Source: a candidate division WOR-3 bacterium
GTDB lineage: Bacteria > Hydrothermota > Hydrothermia > JBDRYB01
Direction: 5' to 3'
Assembly: GCA_039803205.1 (NCBI GenBank)
Contig: JBDRYB010000029.1
Location: 1-21,334, forward strand
DNA: 21,334 nt
Part shown: positions 16,898-21,334 of the stretch, one piece after another
Numbering within the stretch: position 1 is the stretch's first letter
How the letters are laid out: every line of letters begins with the position of its first letter
Made by a program: the position numbers and the translations under genes
Notes under the pieces: model-generated
Database searches by the model: none
The model's input: only the letters and a program-made list of their open reading frames with translations
Told to the model about the DNA's origin: nothing

Positions 16898-17199
16898 TAT
16901 TAATGAATTTAAGCCCTCTGGTTCTGGTATCACCTGCTCTTCAATCCCTCAAGGCGCGCTTTTCGTTTCCCCGGAGCCTATGGGCTTAAAGATCTACACG
17001 GGCGACGGGAGGCTCGTTTATTCAGGGGAACTCAGGAAAGAACATTATAATCCTTAACCGCGGCGTCTATATTTGGCGTGCAGAGAGGTTCAAAGGAAGG
17101 ATTGTAGTCCGGTAGGGCCTGCTCTTGTTCCCCTTGGGCTCTGGCAGGATTCTTTGTTTGGACACTCCAAGAGTTCGCGAGGGTTTCGGACTGTGCTTC

Positions 17200-17538
17200 C
17201 TATTCCTTGGTTTCCTCTTCCTCAGTCCAGTCCTCGCCACCACCCTTGGAAAGCCTAACGAATCTGGCCTTTTCAATCAAGGCCCAATCCTCCTCCGCCA
17301 CATCTATCCACTGAAGGTCCTTTGTGTCAATTCCGGCCTCGGAAAGAAGCCTGTCCACTTCTCGATATTCGCGGTCGTCAATCGCTGGCGTCGCATCGAA
17401 GAGCTCCTCGGGCCAATCCTCTGCAGGCCCCACAACCTTGAACCTGCTACCGCCCATCTGGAAGGTGGCTATAAACCTTCCATCCCGAAGATGTTCTACT
17501 TTCAATAGCTCTACCCTGGCCAAGGCTTTAAGTATCAA
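17200..17538 (-). CDS. Small acidic hypothetical protein, divergent from uvrA
   Basis: 112-aa ORF with TTG start and globular-looking composition (28 D/E vs 16 K/R). It fills an otherwise empty gap. Possible promoter TTCAAG-N18-GATATT (17588..17559). Confidence 0.65.
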   Translation of the reverse strand: MILKALARVELLKVEHLRDGRFIATFQMGGSRFKVVGPAEDWPEELFDATPAIDDREYREVDRLLSEAGIDTKDLQWIDVAEEDWALIEKARFVRLSKGGGEDWTEEEETKE

Positions 17539-17583
17539 GGCCGCGCGCGCCCCGGATCAATATCCCGCGTTTGCTCAGTTCCC

Positions 17584-17613
17584 TTGAAAAAACATCCTTT
17601 CGTGGCTTATAAT
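17584..17613 (+). promoter_or_regulatory. uvrA promoter TTGAAA-N18-TATAAT (very short or no leader)
   Basis: TTGAAA 17584-17589, TATAAT 17608-17613, ATG 17624, no SD. Confidence 0.7.
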
Positions 17614-17623
17614 ATCATTTCTG

Positions 17624-20464
17624 ATGGAGCCTGATTTCATAAGGGTTAGGGGAGCCCGTCAGCACAACCTAAAGAACATAAACCTGGACATACCCAGGGG
17701 CAAGCTGGTTGTGATAACCGGGCTTTCCGGTTCTGGCAAATCCTCCCTCGCGTTTGATACCCTATACGCTGAGGGCCAGCGCCGATATGTTGAATCCCTC
17801 TCCGCTTATGCGAGGCAATTCCTGGGGCTCATGGAGAAGCCAGATGTGGACTACATAGAAGGGCTTTCCCCTGCTATAGCCATAGAACAGCGCAAGGCTG
17901 GTAGGAACCCTAGGTCAACCGTAGCGACCGTGACCGAGATATACGACTACCTCAGGCTCCTATACGCGAGGATAGGCAAGGCTTATTGCCCCAATTGCGA
18001 TATAGCCCTTGAGCGCTGGAGCGCGGATGAGATAATAAGGGACATCCTCAGCAGGGCAAAGGACAAACAGGTAGCCGTTCTCGCACCTATTGTCAGAGGA
18101 AGAAAAGGGGAATACAAGGAGCTCTTCATAAACCTTGAAAAGCGCGGGTATGTGAGGGCTAGGGTTGATGGAGAGTATTATCTCCTCGAGGAAGCCCCCT
18201 CTCTTGAGCGCTACAAACAGCACACTGTTGAGGCGGTCGTTGACAGGCTAGTTATAAGCGGTGATGAAGAGAGGCCCAGACTCGCTGAGGCGGTTGAGAT
18301 AGCCCTGAAAGAGACCGGAGGCCTGGTAACCGTTGTCATGGATGGCTACGAGAAGACCTACTCCGAGAAGTTCTCCTGCCCTGCCTGCGGCTTTTCATTG
18401 GAGGAGCTGGAGCCGCGCCTGTTCTCCTTCAATTCCCCGTATGGCGCTTGCCCGACATGCGATGGCTTAGGGGTCATAACCCAGATAGACCCTGATCTCG
18501 TAATAGGAGACCCTGAGCTCTCCATCCTGGAGGGCGCTGTTAGGCCCTGGGGCGAACCCCCACCAACCATCCTTTACAGGCTTGAAAGGCTCGCGTCCCG
18601 GTATCATGTTGACCTTGAGTGTCCCTGGGACGAGCTCCCCGAGAGATTCAAGAACCTCGTTCTCTATGGCGTTGAAAGGGAGGAAGACTATCATGGCCCA
18701 GAAACTCCGGGAAGATACGATTGGTGGGAGGGGCTTATCCCGTGGCTCTGGAGGAGATACCAGAGAACGGATTCCGATTGGGTAAGGCGCGAGATAGAGA
18801 GATACATGGTTCACGACCCCTGCCACGCTTGCAAGGGAGCAAGGCTTAGGCCAGAGGCCCTCTCGGTCAGGATAAGGGACCTGAATATCTACGAGCTGAG
18901 CCTAAAGGATGTTGGCTCCGCAATGCGGTTTCTTGATGAGCTCAAGCTGTCCGAGCGCGAGACAATAATAGCAAGGCAGATAATAAAGGAGCTCAAGGCC
19001 AGGCTCGGTTTTCTCATGGATGTTGGGCTCGGTTATCTCACCCTGGACAGGGCAACGGAGACCCTCTCAGGGGGTGAAGAACAACGAGTCCGGCTCGCCA
19101 CCCAGATAGGTTCTGGGCTCACGGGCGTGCTTTACATCCTTGACGAACCATCAGTAGGCCTTCATCCGAGGGACACTGCTAGACTCATAGCCACCCTGAA
19201 GCGCCTGAGGGACCTCGGAAACACTGTTATCGTTGTTGAGCACGACGAGGGGACCATCCGATCGGCCGACTGGGTCATAGACCTCGGGCCGGGCGCTGGG
19301 GAATCCGGGGGACGGGTCGTGGCTGAGGGAACGCCTGAGGATATAGCGCGGCACCCGGATTCCCTAACTGGAAAGTATCTCTCCGGGGAGATGTCAATCC
19401 CTGTCCCAAAGAGTAGGAAAAAACCGGGAAGAGAGTTGCTCACTATACGGGGTGCGAGGGCAAACAACCTGAAGAACATTGATGTGAGGTTTCCTCTTGG
19501 GCTCTTCATCGTTGTCACAGGGGTTTCCGGTTCGGGAAAATCGTCTCTCATAACCGACACCCTCTACAGGGCTTTGAGAAGGCACTTCTACGGCTCAAAG
19601 AGAGCCCCAGGGGATCACGATGCCATTGAGGGGCTAGAGCACATAGACAAGGTCGTGAATGTCGATCAGAGCCCCATAGGAAGGACCCCGAGGTCAAACC
19701 CAGCCACTTACACGGGCCTCTTCACGCCAATAAGGGAGCTGTTCGCGAGCCTCCCGGAGTCAAAGGCAAGGGGTTACACCCCGGGCCGATTCTCTTTCAA
19801 TGTAAAGGGGGGAAGATGCGAGGCCTGCCAAGGAGACGGGTTCATCCGAATTGAGATGCAGTTTCTGCCAGATGTTTATGTTCCCTGCGAGGTTTGCCAC
19901 GGAAAGCGCTACAACGAGCAGACCTTGGAGATCAGGTTCAAGGGGAAATCCATAGCGGATGTCTTGGATATGAGCGTTGATGAGGCCGCAGAGCTCTTCA
20001 GGGATATTCCTCGCATAGCGAGAAAGCTCAGTCTGCTCCAGGATGTTGGTCTAGGCTATATCGCCCTGGGCCAACCAGCAACAACCCTCTCAGGTGGAGA
20101 GGCACAGAGGGTAAAGCTCTCAAAAGAGCTATCCAAAACAGCGACGGGCCGGACCCTTTACATCCTCGATGAGCCCACAACCGGCCTTCACTTTCACGAT
20201 ATAGCCAAGCTCATAGATGTCCTCTTGCGCCTCAGAGACATGGGGAACACGGTCCTCGTTGTTGAGCACCAGCCCGATGTGGTCAAGTCAGCGGACTGGA
20301 TAATTGACCTCGGCCCAGAGGGGGGAGAGGAGGGAGGCTATTTGGTGGCCGAGGGAACCCCTGAGGATGTCGCGCTTTGTGAGAGGTCTTACACGGGGCA
20401 GTATCTCAAGGATCTGCTGATGGGGGCTAAAGCATATGGAGTCAACGAAGCACAGGATAGATAA
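17624..20464 (+). CDS. uvrA: Excinuclease ABC subunit A
   Basis: GARQHNLKN, two Walker A motifs ([16 protein letters not shown]), LSGGE signatures, ILDEP Walker B motifs and CxxC zinc modules; 946 aa. Confidence 0.98.
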   Translation: MEPDFIRVRGARQHNLKNINLDIPRGKLVVITGLSGSGKSSLAFDTLYAEGQRRYVESLSAYARQFLGLMEKPDVDYIEGLSPAIAIEQRKAGRNPRSTVATVTEIYDYLRLLYARIGKAYCPNCDIALERWSADEIIRDILSRAKDKQVAVLAPIVRGRKGEYKELFINLEKRGYVRARVDGEYYLLEEAPSLERYKQHTVEAVVDRLVISGDEERPRLAEAVEIALKETGGLVTVVMDGYEKTYSEKFSCPACGFSLEELEPRLFSFNSPYGACPTCDGLGVITQIDPDLVIGDPELSILEGAVRPWGEPPPTILYRLERLASRYHVDLECPWDELPERFKNLVLYGVEREEDYHGPETPGRYDWWEGLIPWLWRRYQRTDSDWVRREIERYMVHDPCHACKGARLRPEALSVRIRDLNIYELSLKDVGSAMRFLDELKLSERETIIARQIIKELKARLGFLMDVGLGYLTLDRATETLSGGEEQRVRLATQIGSGLTGVLYILDEPSVGLHPRDTARLIATLKRLRDLGNTVIVVEHDEGTIRSADWVIDLGPGAGESGGRVVAEGTPEDIARHPDSLTGKYLSGEMSIPVPKSRKKPGRELLTIRGARANNLKNIDVRFPLGLFIVVTGVSGSGKSSLITDTLYRALRRHFYGSKRAPGDHDAIEGLEHIDKVVNVDQSPIGRTPRSNPATYTGLFTPIRELFASLPESKARGYTPGRFSFNVKGGRCEACQGDGFIRIEMQFLPDVYVPCEVCHGKRYNEQTLEIRFKGKSIADVLDMSVDEAAELFRDIPRIARKLSLLQDVGLGYIALGQPATTLSGGEAQRVKLSKELSKTATGRTLYILDEPTTGLHFHDIAKLIDVLLRLRDMGNTVLVVEHQPDVVKSADWIIDLGPEGGEEGGYLVAEGTPEDVALCERSYTGQYLKDLLMGAKAYGVNEAQDR

Positions 20465-20727
20465 GGGTCTAGAGTCTCTTGAGAAACGGGGATAAAGAGG
20501 GGTTTTGGGAATACATATCAGGCCTGCAAAAGGAAGATACAATCGCCAAATATCTCTTGGAATTAGTTTATTACACATGGTTTTTTAAACCCCACGAGGC
20601 TATCAGAAGGGCTAGAAGACTGACTAGCAGATTATCTGGGGGAGACCCTTATGCTCTCAGGCTTTTCTTCAGCACGATGGGGTATGTCTACAGGATAATG
20701 CAGAACCTGTGCTACTCGGATCTTTAA
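20436..20727 (+). pseudogene. Frameshifted, truncated N-terminal fragment of an alpha-helical (possibly TPR-like) protein, AT-rich
   Basis: ATG 20436 overlaps the uvrA end and reads [15 protein letters not shown] one-base shift at about 20478 joins it to LRNGDKEGFWEY...MGYVYRIMQ. The family assignment is inference. Confidence 0.45.
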
Positions 20728-21196
20728 GGATGTCTACTGTAAATATGAGGTCATAAATCCTACCGAGTGCGGACTCTCTAACGGAGACTACATTGAGATT
20801 TGTGCCCATAAGTCAGTGGGGAACCTGAGGTGTTGCTATTACTTCTATCTTACGACCCCAGCACACGATATAACTTGGGCTTATTGTCCAGAGGAAGTTC
20901 CAACCGGAACAGATACCCTCGGAGCCATGGCCATAGGTAGCTTGATCCTTGAGAACTCGGTAAAACTCTCCAAGAACCCAAGTGAGGGCCCGGTGAACCT
21001 TACCCTGTGTCTCGTGGAGCCCGGAGACGCGTGGATAAGCGTTTATGACCATACGGGTAGCCTGATCAAGAGAGAAGGCCTGGGATTCCTCAAGGCTGGA
21101 GAGCATCCATATAGCCTGAGTCTGAGCCCCGGCATCTACTTCCTGATAGCCCAGGTAGGCCAGTGGTCAGAGACAAAAAGGGTCATAGTCAGATAA
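20699..21196 (+). pseudogene. 5'-truncated Cys-rich secreted protein with T9SS-like C-terminal domain
   Basis: The frame is open from 20699 (after TAA 20696-20698) with no signal peptide or RBS. CTD motifs NPSEG, VYDHTGS, PGIYFL and KRVIVR. Confidence 0.65.
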
Positions 21197-21203
21197 TAGG
21201 AAC

Positions 21204-21248
21204 TTGACCGGCCAGAGAAAAACGCTTATCATTTCCACCTGAGGGAGG
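21204..21248 (+). promoter_or_regulatory. Promoter TTGACC-N17-TATCAT plus RBS GGGAGG
   Basis: TTGACC 21204-21209, TATCAT 21227-21232, GGGAGG 21243-21248, ATG 21255. Confidence 0.7.
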
Positions 21249-21254
21249 AAAAGG

Positions 21255-21334
21255 ATGGAAGTGATTCTCATAGTCCTGATGAACGCCGAGCCACCCCGGT
21301 TCAGGCCGGGGTGGCCGGTTTCTTTCATAGAGAT
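21255..21334 (+). CDS. 5' end of a probable exported protein (MEVILIVLMNAEPPRFRPGWPVSFIE...), possibly FG-GAP/VCBS-type
   Basis: Promoter, RBS, short hydrophobic N-terminus and a PGWPV motif. The frame is open to the window end. Confidence 0.55.
   Translation, partial: MEVILIVLMNAEPPRFRPGWPVSFIE

Larger units (their letters stand above)
16162..17115 (+). pseudogene. Remnant of a secreted T9SS-CTD protein gene: start (MNIFI) | IS | CTD with a frameshift
   Basis: After the IS end the frame reads INEFKP...LKIYTGDGRLVYSGELRK. It continues in another frame from about 17041 as NIIILNRGVYIWRAERFKGRIVVR* (TAG 17113-17115), a typical CTD end. Confidence 0.75.

Noticed and set aside
16845..17057. 70-aa ORF as an independent gene
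   Set aside because: It begins inside the IS end and is a frameshifted CTD remnant of the 16162 pseudogene.
1..21334. CRISPR arrays, tRNA/rRNA, DGR, retron or prophage modules
   Set aside because: No regularly spaced direct repeats, cloverleafs, reverse transcriptase or phage genes were seen by eye. Intergenic gaps are short and explained by promoters and IS ends.

Overview
A 21.3-kb bacterial chromosome segment of moderately high GC. Gene content and protein style suggest an FCB-related lineage such as candidate phylum WOR-3 (inference). Housekeeping genes: folD; a minus-strand hppA-ispE-ROK kinase-ruvX operon; butyrate kinase (buk); uvrA. Among them is a dense set of secreted proteins ending in a type IX secretion (T9SS type A)-like C-terminal domain (CTD). 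Four are intact (a CBM9/DOMON-like protein, a beta-sandwich protein, an Asp-box/BNR protein and an S8 peptidase) and two are remnants. There is also a PorV/PorQ-family outer-membrane barrel, a PsbP-like protein and a GT-C glycosyltransferase. Two miniature IS derivatives (IS4/IS50-type, 540 bp; IS1182/IS5-type, 719 bp) keep both terminal inverted repeats, a promoter and an in-frame, catalytically deleted mini-transposase. Notable patterns: very short, uncharged N-terminal export signals; sigma70-like promoters mostly with an 18-bp spacer; many apparently leaderless genes; and strong hairpins over an RBS (13-71) and in an early coding region (21286-21326). No rRNA, tRNA or CRISPR array was seen.
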